Origin: a virus
Virus record (IMG/VR): IMGVR_UViG_3300046056_000003
Span: 1 to 64,000 of that record
Length of the DNA: 64,000 bases
Direction: 5' to 3' (one strand)
The number at the start of each line of letters is the position of its first letter. Position 1 is the stretch's first letter. Of this stretch, positions 9,298 to 17,071 are shown one piece after another. Both the position numbers and the translations under genes were made by a program. Below the pieces are notes generated by a model, which ran no database searches, was not told where the DNA came from, and was given only the letters and a program-made list of their open reading frames with translations.

Positions 9298-9315
9298 GAT
9301 AGAACATAGAAGCTA
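9298..9315. repeat. direct repeat copy 2 (GATAGAACATAGAAGCTA)
   Basis: Matches 8408-8425 at 17 of 18 positions, 890 bp downstream, and brackets the single ORF 8431-9276. Confidence 0.85.
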
Positions 9316-9324
9316 AGTACCTTC

Positions 9325-9346
9325 CCTGTGGCCGGGAGGCCGCAGG
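9325..9346 (+). terminator. hairpin CCTGTGGCC-ggga-GGCCGCAGG
   Basis: 9-bp stem (one G-U pair) with a tetraloop, directly after repeat copy 2. A second palindromic element (GGAAAG..CTTTCC) follows. Confidence 0.35.
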
Positions 9347-9460
9347 AAAGTCTTTCGATTCGAAGGGCTTTCCTGGGTCTCTCATTCCCACGCTATACCC
9401 CTCAAACCATAACTCTATACCACATTCACCACACTGCTACTATGCGACCTTCCTTCTAAC

Positions 9461-9805
9461 ATGAACAATTGCGTGAGCACCCAGCAGTACTCCAATGGAA
9501 AGGAAAGCCTTGACCGCCCGACGTCTATAGGCGTAAACATTGAGCAGTCCCAAAAGGATCGATTGGCAAGAATCGCCCACACGATCAACAAGACGCAGGC
9601 CAAAATCGTCCGGAAAGCGCTGGATGACTTTCTTGGTCAACTCGAAGACTTCATAGACGGAGATGACTCCGGAGACAGCGGTCCCGTTCCCATCAACGAA
9701 GAGAACCTTCGAAAGAATGGGGAGGAGGACGAGGTGATTCTGGAGGCGGGGAAGGACTGCAATCTCATTCTTAATATCGAAAAAGCCAAAATTCGTATAT
9801 CATGA
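9461..9805 (+). CDS. ribbon-helix-helix (CopG/Arc-like) DNA-binding protein with acidic tail
   Basis: SIGVNIEQSQKDRLARIAHTINKTQAKIVRKALDDFL fits a beta-strand/helix/helix RHH pattern. ATG start, and the stop overlaps the next start (ATGA). Confidence 0.6.
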   Translation: MNNCVSTQQYSNGKESLDRPTSIGVNIEQSQKDRLARIAHTINKTQAKIVRKALDDFLGQLEDFIDGDDSGDSGPVPINEENLRKNGEEDEVILEAGKDCNLILNIEKAKIRIS

Positions 9806-10206
9806 TGGACGATAGATCTCTAAAGGACCTGATTCAGTCTCATCGCTACCAGTTCACGCTCATTGACCACATGGGTCCGTCCTCCCGGTACCTGTCTTTG
9901 ATAGACGATAGCAGAGAGCACGTGAGGACGCTTGCTCGATTCAAAGACGAGGTAGGAGAGGACGCCATCTCAAAAATAGTGACGATGCTGAATCGTCAGG
10001 CTGACCGCTTCAACGATCCGGTCATTGACCTCTCAACAGACGAGATCCGTTCTCGAATGGAAGAGAGAGGGTTTGACTTATCTGAGATGCACGATATCGA
10101 TCTTCGAGTCTTCGTTGAAGAGCACCTTCGATCGGAAAGCGTCAAGGAGACCCTGATGGAAGAGGTCGAGTTCCAACTGAGTGAACACCTCTTCGGAGAC
10201 GACTAA
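9802..10206 (+). CDS. hypothetical acidic protein, translationally coupled to the RHH gene
   Basis: ATGA overlap with the upstream gene and natural acidic composition. No motif recognised. Confidence 0.6.
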   Translation: MMDDRSLKDLIQSHRYQFTLIDHMGPSSRYLSLIDDSREHVRTLARFKDEVGEDAISKIVTMLNRQADRFNDPVIDLSTDEIRSRMEERGFDLSEMHDIDLRVFVEEHLRSESVKETLMEEVEFQLSEHLFGDD

Positions 10207-10224
10207 TCAATCAACACCATCAAT

Positions 10225-10620
10225 ATGAGTAAACAAAAAAGTGGCATTCAACAAACACGCTTTCACCCAGATGTTGATCTGAAAATTTACGATGACCCAA
10301 AGCACCAGGTATATAGAGACGTATGGCTCCACGCGAGGGCCAAGTTCAAAGACCATCGGGGAAAACTTATTACGGTCGACTTTACCAAGCCTGCATTGTC
10401 TAAAGTGTATCCAGAGGATTATCCGGACAGTGTAGGCTGGTGGGTTTACACAGAACTCCCAGATGAGGTAACTGCAAGAAAAAAGAACTACAAGAATTTA
10501 GGCAAAGCAATCACAAAGATTAACCGAATGGCCGATGGCAGGCATCCAAACGATGATGGAGGCCGTGCTCGTCGGTGGTGGGAGTGTATTTTCAACGAGA
10601 CAAATATCTTTGAAGGCTAA
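10225..10620 (+). CDS. hypothetical basic protein in a visibly lower-GC segment
   Basis: ATG start and Lys-rich sequence. A/T-ending codons (aaa, tta, att) are far more frequent than in the flanking genes. Confidence 0.55.
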   Translation: MSKQKSGIQQTRFHPDVDLKIYDDPKHQVYRDVWLHARAKFKDHRGKLITVDFTKPALSKVYPEDYPDSVGWWVYTELPDEVTARKKNYKNLGKAITKINRMADGRHPNDDGGRARRWWECIFNETNIFEG

Positions 10621-10676
10621 TCCAATCTACCCCAGACACTTCATGTCCGGGTGGGTCTCTGTCGGCCTTTATTCTA

Positions 10677-11177
10677 ATGAGTGATCGTCCCTGCGACGAT
10701 CATTCTCATTCCCTTACAACCATTGAACAAACCCCACACGCTGCTATGAGCCAAGTTGAAGAACAGCTTTCCGAACTCCTCGATCGGCGTACGTTCTTCG
10801 TTAGCACGAACGCGACCGGCCAAGGGAAGGTGTTGTATCGGCACCGCGAAGACGCAAGCAGGATTGCCCAGAAAAACGGACATAACGTAAGTGTTGATCG
10901 TCTCTACGACCTGAAAGAAGAGTTTGGGCCACATTGGGATTTTCCCCTATGGAAGATCGCTGTCCGCGAACGGGCGGAAGATCTTTTCCCTCAAGTCAAG
11001 GAAGAACGGCCAACGCGGCAGCATTCCCCCAACGACCCAATTGAATACAGGGTTGATCGAAAAGGCGGCCACACCGATTGGGTTACTGAAAAAGGCCTCT
11101 GGAATCTTGCCTGGAACCGCGCAATCCGCCAACTGCGGAGCGAAGGGTACGACGTCCCGGATGGGCTGCTGTGGTAG
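10677..11177 (+). CDS. hypothetical protein
   Basis: ATG start, 166 aa, plausible composition. The antisense ORFs here look like shadows. Confidence 0.55.
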   Translation: MSDRPCDDHSHSLTTIEQTPHAAMSQVEEQLSELLDRRTFFVSTNATGQGKVLYRHREDASRIAQKNGHNVSVDRLYDLKEEFGPHWDFPLWKIAVRERAEDLFPQVKEERPTRQHSPNDPIEYRVDRKGGHTDWVTEKGLWNLAWNRAIRQLRSEGYDVPDGLLW

Positions 11178-11229
11178 CTCTTTAGTTTCCTCTTTTTCCT
11201 CCACTCGCCCGCCCTGAACTCTCATCGAA

Positions 11230-11457
11230 ATGCTCAGACCCATGACCAAGCAAGACGTAGAAACTGCCCTCGATCACGCTGTGAACCTCAACTTCCTTCA
11301 GTCTTGGAAGCGCCACGCTGGTGGACAGGTCCAATATAGACCCGTGCGCGGATTTCAGGGTGCAGGTCAAGTCGTCGTACATTGGAAGGAGGCAGGTGAA
11401 TACCTTGCCCAAGAGGGGCTTTTCGACCCCGAGACAGGAGAGACATTAACTCCCTAG
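11230..11457 (+). CDS. hypothetical small protein
   Basis: ATG start, 75 aa, same strand and spacing as its neighbours. Confidence 0.45.
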   Translation: MLRPMTKQDVETALDHAVNLNFLQSWKRHAGGQVQYRPVRGFQGAGQVVVHWKEAGEYLAQEGLFDPETGETLTP

Positions 11458-11537
11458 ATCTATGATCGCCCCACCTTGGACGCAACCAGGATCAAAGTAA
11501 CTTTTTCCAATCTTATAAATATTTCTTCAGTTTTGCC

Positions 11538-11891
11538 ATGCCTACTGTTCTTCGTAAGTCTCACCATTCTGGAACTGGAACTCCCTACTGGATTCTCAAG
11601 GGTATGAGTAGCTCACGGACGCCCAAACCCCTTCGGGCAAAGCTCACGGTTGTAGACCTGTCTCACGAAATCCACAACGCGGAGGCAGACCGAAAATTTA
11701 TGTTGCAGGTGATGGACGATTCTTTTCATCCGTCAACTTCGTACAGCGCCGCAGGAAAAACGATTTACATTGGTCCTCACCACAAGGAGATGCTTTCAGC
11801 CCTAGAAAATACGTTCATGGGGGACCTTGAGTACGGAAATACAGCCGTGACTCGGGAGCACCTGATGAAAAAGCTGAGCGATAAACTCTAG
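11538..11891 (+). CDS. hypothetical protein
   Basis: ATG start, 117 aa. Confidence 0.5.
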   Translation: MPTVLRKSHHSGTGTPYWILKGMSSSRTPKPLRAKLTVVDLSHEIHNAEADRKFMLQVMDDSFHPSTSYSAAGKTIYIGPHHKEMLSALENTFMGDLEYGNTAVTREHLMKKLSDKL

Positions 11892-11908
11892 AACTTCAAA
11901 ATGTTACC

Positions 11909-12100
11909 ATGTCCGAAATTCAAAACAGCACTGAAATTCGAGCACAGCATCGTGATGACGACGGGGATCTAACTCGAACCTCAATTGATCCCGCGAAGAT
12001 TGACGAGATTCATAGTCGTAGAGAGGACATGTCTATGACGATTGTCTTCAAAGACGGGACCGAACTTGAGACTTTTCATCTGTCGTTTGCTACAATCTAA
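11909..12100 (+). CDS. hypothetical small acidic protein
   Basis: ATG start, 63 aa, tight spacing. Confidence 0.45.
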   Translation: MSEIQNSTEIRAQHRDDDGDLTRTSIDPAKIDEIHSRREDMSMTIVFKDGTELETFHLSFATI

Positions 12101-12113
12101 ATCATATTGATCT

Positions 12114-12353
12114 ATGAGCAAACACCTAACAGAAGACGCCACCATTCGAGGGGCCCTTCTCGAACTCATCGAGGGAAATGGTCTATTCGAGGTCGTCATG
12201 ACACTCGACTACATTCTTCAACACCAGGAGCACGAGGACCCTCACGATGATATTCCATACCCGATGCAAGTGGATCTGTCTTTTCCTCGCCGGAGATCCC
12301 TGGCAGAGGAGGGAGACTTAGGTCCTCCACAGCTCGTCATCCACGACAACTAA
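12114..12353 (+). CDS. hypothetical small acidic protein
   Basis: ATG start, 79 aa, 13 nt after the previous stop. Confidence 0.5.
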   Translation: MSKHLTEDATIRGALLELIEGNGLFEVVMTLDYILQHQEHEDPHDDIPYPMQVDLSFPRRRSLAEEGDLGPPQLVIHDN

Positions 12354-12374
12354 TTCAAACCCTTTATCAAAGTT

Positions 12375-12866
12375 ATGAGCGATTCTGACCGACCCGATAG
12401 CAATTTGGGTGTATCCCGATCACCCAGTAAAATCGAAAAAATGAGCCTTCCGGCTTTGGCACACACGCTTTCTGCGCGAGAACGCAAAACCCTCGTGCAG
12501 ATGATCTCGTATTCAGCCCATACACCGGAAATCGGAGAGGGTACCGCAGCTCACCTTAATGACCCTGAAAGCGAAACCAAAGATTTTGTCAGACAGACGG
12601 CAAAGTTTAGCTTTCTGGGCCTAGTGAAGATCATTAACACGAAGCACATGCCCCCTGGGAAGTACACGAAGGAAAAGCCGGACCCAGATACAGGAACGTA
12701 TAAGGGCAAAGGTGCGCAGGGACAGATATACGCAGTGAGCAAGAGGCTTACTCAAAGAGGGGTGGAGCTAGCTCGCTACCTCCGAGAGGGGGACGAAGAA
12801 AACGGCGTTGATCCCGTTCCGCTGAAGCCTGATCACGTATCTGACGTAATGCCCGAATACGAATAA
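12375..12866 (+). CDS. hypothetical protein, possible winged-helix DNA-binding fold
   Basis: LSARERKTLVQMISYS...GLVKIIN...GQIYAVSKRLTQRGVELARYL resembles a MarR-type wHTH layout. This is pattern-level evidence only. Confidence 0.5.
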   Translation: MSDSDRPDSNLGVSRSPSKIEKMSLPALAHTLSARERKTLVQMISYSAHTPEIGEGTAAHLNDPESETKDFVRQTAKFSFLGLVKIINTKHMPPGKYTKEKPDPDTGTYKGKGAQGQIYAVSKRLTQRGVELARYLREGDEENGVDPVPLKPDHVSDVMPEYE

Positions 12867-12889
12867 CGAACCTTTTAGCCAGACCAGAT

Positions 12890-13138
12890 ATGAACCACGC
12901 AACCTTCGATGTCGGAGAGGTTCTCTATGACATTGTTCACAACAGGCAGGTCCGGATCCTCGAACACGTCGAGAACCCCTATGAGGTCTTCGTTCAAGCA
13001 ATCGTTGGCCCAGACAGCTATACCATCGAAAGGAAATACCTCTTCACGGGGGACGAAATCAACAGGGCCTTGGGGCGGAAAGATGCCCGTGAGGACCTTC
13101 AAGACAGCAGGGAGTACCGAAAAGAGCACGTCTCATAA
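12890..13138 (+). CDS. hypothetical small protein
   Basis: ATG start, 82 aa. An overlapping +1 ORF (12909-13148) has Ser/Thr/Arg-rich shadow composition. Confidence 0.5.
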   Translation: MNHATFDVGEVLYDIVHNRQVRILEHVENPYEVFVQAIVGPDSYTIERKYLFTGDEINRALGRKDAREDLQDSREYRKEHVS

Positions 13139-13154
13139 TCCGCCATAAACCGCC

Positions 13155-13394
13155 ATGGGTAGAAAACGAGAGTTCTTTGAAGTCCGCAACCATACGGCAA
13201 GCAACCAATGGGCGCACACCATTGAGACTACGGTCTTCGTGGACGAGAACTTGCCAGAGGAGAAGGCCAAGGAAAAGGCCGTAGAGCACGCCGAACAGGT
13301 ATCCGAAGAGAGAGGAGATCGGCTTTCTGTCATCAAGGTGACGAAGGCGCTCGAAGAGACCTTCGAAGAGAAGCACTCAATCTCTGCCTCTTAG
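13155..13394 (+). CDS. hypothetical small acidic protein
   Basis: ATG start, 79 aa, Glu/Lys-rich helical composition. Confidence 0.5.
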   Translation: MGRKREFFEVRNHTASNQWAHTIETTVFVDENLPEEKAKEKAVEHAEQVSEERGDRLSVIKVTKALEETFEEKHSISAS

Positions 13395-13542
13395 AACCAA
13401 GAATCTTGCTTCAATAATGAAGATAAATACACCGAAAGGACCCCAAAACATTCAGCATCCTCATCACGACCAACCTCCTCCCGGCGATCCTCCCCCGGAG
13501 GTATAGAAGCTTCGAAAACAGGCTCGGCAACAGGCCGAAGAC

Positions 13543-13671
13543 ATGAACCTCGAAGAGCTGAAAGAACGGATTGAAGGGCTGGACGAATATACTCCAGACG
13601 GCCCCGAACAGGCTCGAAAGATGGAGATCCGACTTGAGCAGTGGAAGATCGTTCTTGAAGAAAGAACCTAG
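13543..13671 (+). CDS. possible 42-aa helical micro-protein (MNLEELKERIEGLDEYTPDGPEQARKMEIRLEQWKIVLEERT)
   Basis: ATG to TAG found by hand (below the ORF-track cutoff). Its coiled-coil-like composition looks more natural than the antisense 97-aa ORF covering the same DNA. Confidence 0.3.
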   Translation: MNLEELKERIEGLDEYTPDGPEQARKMEIRLEQWKIVLEERT

Positions 13672-13680
13672 ACTCTAGAT

Positions 13681-14613
13681 TCAAGAGTATTGATACATCG
13701 ACTTCATGTGCCTGTAGGCTTCCGCCTGAATTACCGTTCCAGACTGATTTGGATTTTGCCTCTTGGCCTTCTCTACGGCCTTCTCATGGAGGGAATCGAT
13801 GGTCTCTGAATCGAGGCTATCGATTTCCTCCTGTGAGAGGTCAGACATGAACATGCTAGTCACGTCTACGTCGGGGGCCTCTGTCCGGTCCTCGATTTTC
13901 GTCGTTTCTTGGGGCTGGTCTCTGTCAGAGTGAATGAAAAACTTGATCCGCTTGGCGGCCTGGCCTTCCCGCTCGACGTCGTAGGTGAACGAGATGTCGG
14001 TCTTTTTGCCGATCTCTTTCCGGGCTTTGCTGATGACGTGGTATTTGAGTTGGCTAAAAGCGGAGTAGGACTCTTCGATGCCCAGAATGTCTCTCAGCTC
14101 CTCGACACTTATTCGAAGAATAGAAATGCCCTCCCGCATTTTCAGCAGCTCGTAGATCCGCATCGAGTACGTAGACCGGAGAGGAAGGAAGTGTCCAGCC
14201 TCGTACATCGTAAATCTCCGCTTGAGTTGAAGGAGGTAGGGCTTCATCTCCTCGTTGAACTTCGCCTCGATGTAGCCATCTCCCTCTTTGTACTTACAAC
14301 GGTTCATCAGATTTATGCCGTCGTAGACCCGCTTCCCGTTTTCTTCGGTTTTGATTTCGAGCTTTTTGTCGAGAAGACTAGAGCAGATGTCTTCTGCCCG
14401 GTGGTAGAGGGATTCATCACTGAAGTCAGAACGGTCCATTAACTCTTGAAGATGGAGCTTTTGGTAGCCAAACTCCCGGTCGTCCTTGTCCAGTTGGGAA
14501 ATGAGCACTCCGATGATTCGATGCTCCATCCTGGACAGGGGCATCTTTGCTTGAACCAGCTTGTTGGCCTTGACGATCATGTGGCCCGTGGAGGAGTCTT
14601 CATTTCCCATCAT
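13681..14613 (-). CDS. rep: plasmid-type replication initiator, Rep_3/RepB-like
   Basis: The N-terminus MIVKANKLVQAKMPLSRMEHRIIGVLISQLDKDD matches the Rep_3 hallmark (v.k.N.Li.a.y.Lsl.E.rli...isql). The size is 310 aa and the iteron array lies immediately upstream. Confidence 0.75.
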   Translation of the reverse strand: MMGNEDSSTGHMIVKANKLVQAKMPLSRMEHRIIGVLISQLDKDDREFGYQKLHLQELMDRSDFSDESLYHRAEDICSSLLDKKLEIKTEENGKRVYDGINLMNRCKYKEGDGYIEAKFNEEMKPYLLQLKRRFTMYEAGHFLPLRSTYSMRIYELLKMREGISILRISVEELRDILGIEESYSAFSQLKYHVISKARKEIGKKTDISFTYDVEREGQAAKRIKFFIHSDRDQPQETTKIEDRTEAPDVDVTSMFMSDLSQEEIDSLDSETIDSLHEKAVEKAKRQNPNQSGTVIQAEAYRHMKSMYQYS

Positions 14614-14701
14614 GACTCTTGAATCGGGATATTAGAGATTCCATGTCAAACGGTCCCTGCGGGCGGAAAGATAGCCGTAGACGGCCAGAAATACCACTCC
14701 G

Positions 14702-14839
14702 ACATGGATTAGTTAACACCCCGACTGCTCCACATGGATTAGCTAACACCCCGACATGGATTAGCTAACAGTTTGACATGAATCAGCTAATACCCGACAT
14801 GGATGAGCTAACAGCCTACATGGATTCGCTAACACCCTT
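14702..14839. repeat. six direct iterons (consensus ACATGGATTAGCTAACACCCCG) forming an origin-like or centromere-like array
   Basis: Copies start at 14702, 14732, 14754, 14776, 14797 and 14818, and the last five have a 21-22 bp period. Each contains a palindromic core TTAGCTAA or a one-mismatch variant. An AT-rich tract (about 14882-14912) follows. The array sits between the rep start and the RHH gene stop. Confidence 0.85.
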
Positions 14840-14948
14840 GCTCTGAAATCCTCTTGCGCCCAACGACTTACCCGAACGCATAATAGGTTTAATGTTTTAA
14901 TGTGTAGTAATGGGGTAAAGCGGGCACACGCACGCGGAGGATGTAGCT

Positions 14949-15230
14949 TCAAGAATCTTCAACCTCGAACACACCGGGCACCTCGTACTCACCATTCTCT
15001 TCTTCCAGGCCCTCGACGAGGCTTCTCACGGCATGGTTAACCAAGTCCGCCATGGAGACGTCTTCCTCGTGGCTGATGGTTTTCAGTTTCTCTTTGAGGC
15101 CCGCGTTTAGGTTGGTCGCGTAGGAAATGCGATCTCGATCCTGGAAGCTGTCTAAACCTTCCTTGACGCTTCCTAGATCATATCCGGAGTCTTGATCGAA
15201 ATCGACGCTCATCTTGGACTGTTTGCTCAT
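14949..15230 (-). CDS. ribbon-helix-helix partition/centromere-binding protein (ParG-like)
   Basis: RISYATNLNAGLKEKLKTISHEEDVSMADLVNHAVRSLVEGL fits an RHH fold. It has an ATGA overlap with parA upstream, and its 93-aa size is typical of type Ib partners. Confidence 0.6.
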   Translation of the reverse strand: MSKQSKMSVDFDQDSGYDLGSVKEGLDSFQDRDRISYATNLNAGLKEKLKTISHEEDVSMADLVNHAVRSLVEGLEEENGEYEVPGVFEVEDS

Positions 15231-15943
15231 AGCCGCTGTTGGATTTCGTTTGCAAGAGACTCGTAGTCTTCGGTGGCCGTGGCATCGGGGGAATAGGAGG
15301 GAGGCGGGGTTCCTTCCGCTTCTGCTTCCTTTACCTGAACGGTATTTCGGATGAAGGTGTCGAAGGCCCGGTCCTCGAAGTTCTCTTTGAGGATTCCCGG
15401 CATTTCTCTATCGTTGACCGTACGGAGATCCACTTTACACGCGAAGGCTCCCTCAAAGCGGCTCTGAAAGTCGTTCACGAGGTATATCGTGTCCGTGAGA
15501 CCGTCAATGGCCCCTTGTCCCGTCTGGACTGGTGCTATTACGGCGTCTGAGGCAACGAGAGAGGCAATTACAAGGAAGCCCGTCGAGGGAGGGGGATCGA
15601 TAAGGCATACGTCGTAGCTCTTTCTAGCCACGCTTAGAAGCTTCTCAAGCCTCTGGACAATCTTTTTCACGGGCCTGGACTCCAACGTTGCCAGAGAACG
15701 ATCGGAGGGCACCACGTCAAATCCCCATTCTGTGCCTACCGCAGCATCGGGAGCACCCATATCACCGCTTAGAAAGGACATACATCGGCTCTGAGGCGAG
15801 GCTATCCACCTGGATAGACTGGCCTGGGGGTCCATGTCTACGGCGAGCACGTCGAACTCACGCGACCACAGGTCGGCGAGACTGACCACGGAGGTCGTCT
15901 TTCCGGTCCCGCCCTTCTGATTGAGGAGAGAGAGGGTATTCAT
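15227..15943 (-). CDS. parA: ParA-family partition ATPase (deviant Walker A)
   Basis: LLNQKGGTGKTTSVVSLA (KGG.GKT deviant Walker A), a later VLAVDMDPQ (Walker A'), and VCLIDPPPS (Walker B-like). 238 aa. Confidence 0.85.
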   Translation of the reverse strand: MNTLSLLNQKGGTGKTTSVVSLADLWSREFDVLAVDMDPQASLSRWIASPQSRCMSFLSGDMGAPDAAVGTEWGFDVVPSDRSLATLESRPVKKIVQRLEKLLSVARKSYDVCLIDPPPSTGFLVIASLVASDAVIAPVQTGQGAIDGLTDTIYLVNDFQSRFEGAFACKVDLRTVNDREMPGILKENFEDRAFDTFIRNTVQVKEAEAEGTPPPSYSPDATATEDYESLANEIQQRL

Positions 15944-15946
15944 CTT

Positions 15947-15981
15947 AGGTTCTAGCTGCTACCATATAGACGTTAGAACCA
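15947..15981. promoter_or_regulatory. inverted repeat AGGTTCTA-N19-TAGAACCA just upstream of parA (candidate operator)
   Basis: Arms at 15947-15954 and 15974-15981 are complementary at 7 of 8 positions, starting 4 nt upstream of the parA ATG. Confidence 0.3.
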
Positions 15982-16008
15982 AGATAGGGGGAAGCAAAGC
16001 TTAAATGC

Positions 16009-16046
16009 AAAAAAGGCCCCCGCCAGAACCTTGGCTGACGGGGACC
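16009..16046 (-). terminator. intrinsic terminator oriented on the minus strand
   Basis: The minus strand reads GGTCCCCGTCAG-ccaaggtt-CTGGCGGGGGCC followed by TTTTTT. The stem is 9 bp with one mismatch, plus 2 outer pairs. Confidence 0.5.
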
Positions 16047-16195
16047 TATGGATTTTTCTCTCTCAATCTCCCAATGGGCTGAGTAATCGTTTATCACAGC
16101 CCGTCATCAAAACACCTCTCTCTTGCCCTCATTGTAGCAGGGGCTATTGGAGGGGTTCCACCTGTCATTAAATTATCCACAACCAGCGAAAACCG

Positions 16196-16609
16196 ATGAG
16201 TCTCACCCTGAGCGACATCTTTGACGATGGCCGGTACACGCCTTCCACCAAGATCGAGAAGTTCGTAGGTCAGCTTAACATCGATGAGGGGTCGAAAAGC
16301 GCACTCGTTGAGGCGCTAAAGGGCACGATGCAGCAATCTGTAGAGCGAGACCGGGAGGAGAGGGAGGAAAACGAAAGCAGGAGCACCCTAGGGGACTCTC
16401 TCCCCGAACGTGCCTTAGAGATCCTCACAGACCGTTCGAAGAACTGGATCAACTCCGACGACAGCGACATCCTTGCCCTCCTGAAAATGATGCGGAAGAC
16501 CGACTTTTTCGAAGAGCTGAATGCATCGAAGAGGTTTCTTCGCTCTATCGAGGAAAATGTCGAGCAAGTTGTACACGAGTATCGAGAGTTGGAGTCAGAG
16601 GACGCTTGA
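16196..16609 (+). CDS. hypothetical acidic protein
   Basis: ATG start preceded by the CACAACCAGC leader. 137 aa. Confidence 0.6.
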   Translation: MSLTLSDIFDDGRYTPSTKIEKFVGQLNIDEGSKSALVEALKGTMQQSVERDREEREENESRSTLGDSLPERALEILTDRSKNWINSDDSDILALLKMMRKTDFFEELNASKRFLRSIEENVEQVVHEYRELESEDA

Positions 16610-16672
16610 CTTTCTAAGTGACAACCAGTACCCTAACCAACGCGATAAAGTCACAACCAGCAACCACCCTTT

Positions 16673-17071
16673 ATGAGCCAACAGCAGAACCCCCAAATAG
16701 ACGACGAGCTTCTTGAATCCGCTCCGAGGGACCATCCCTACATGGTCGTTCCCGTCGAATTTCCGGCACTCGGGCGATGCATGTCTTTTGTCCGGATGGA
16801 GGACAAGGCGGTGTTCATCGAAGTGATCGGGGCCTTGGCCTACGACGCCTACCAGGAAGACGAAATCGTGGAGCTGGACGAACTGAAATACCTAGGCGTC
16901 CCCATCGAAACCGCTCAACGACTGGTCATTGACGCGATCAAGGAGCAGGCCGAGGAAGAGGATTCCGTCATTGACCGAAGCGATCTTCAGAAAGTGCTCG
17001 ACAACTTCGAGGACTTCGAGGAAAGCATCGTTGAGGCCGCGACCAGTAGCCAAAAGCCCCAACACAACTGA
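16673..17071 (+). CDS. hypothetical acidic protein
   Basis: ATG preceded by GTCACAACCAGCAACCACCCTTT. 132 aa with natural composition. Confidence 0.6.
   Translation: MSQQQNPQIDDELLESAPRDHPYMVVPVEFPALGRCMSFVRMEDKAVFIEVIGALAYDAYQEDEIVELDELKYLGVPIETAQRLVIDAIKEQAEEEDSVIDRSDLQKVLDNFEDFEESIVEAATSSQKPQHN

Noticed and set aside
13417-13506. A 29-aa Pro-rich + strand micro-ORF (MKINTPKGPQNIQHPHHDQPPPGDPPPEV).
   Set aside because: It is too short and low in complexity to support without comparative or expression data.
13391-13684. A 97-aa minus-strand ORF in the spacer before rep.
   Set aside because: It has Ser/Arg/Pro-rich composition and no coupling to rep. The opposite strand holds a more natural 42-aa ORF.
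14702-14839. The possibility that the 21-22 bp repeat array is a CRISPR array.
   Set aside because: The repeats are contiguous with no spacers and degenerate between copies. They sit between rep and par genes, and no cas genes are present.
16173-16181. A perfect DnaA-box consensus TTATCCACA.
   Set aside because: It is a single copy, about 1.3 kb from the iterons, and it overlaps the common CACAACCAGC leader. One 9-mer match in 64 kb on two strands is near chance expectation.
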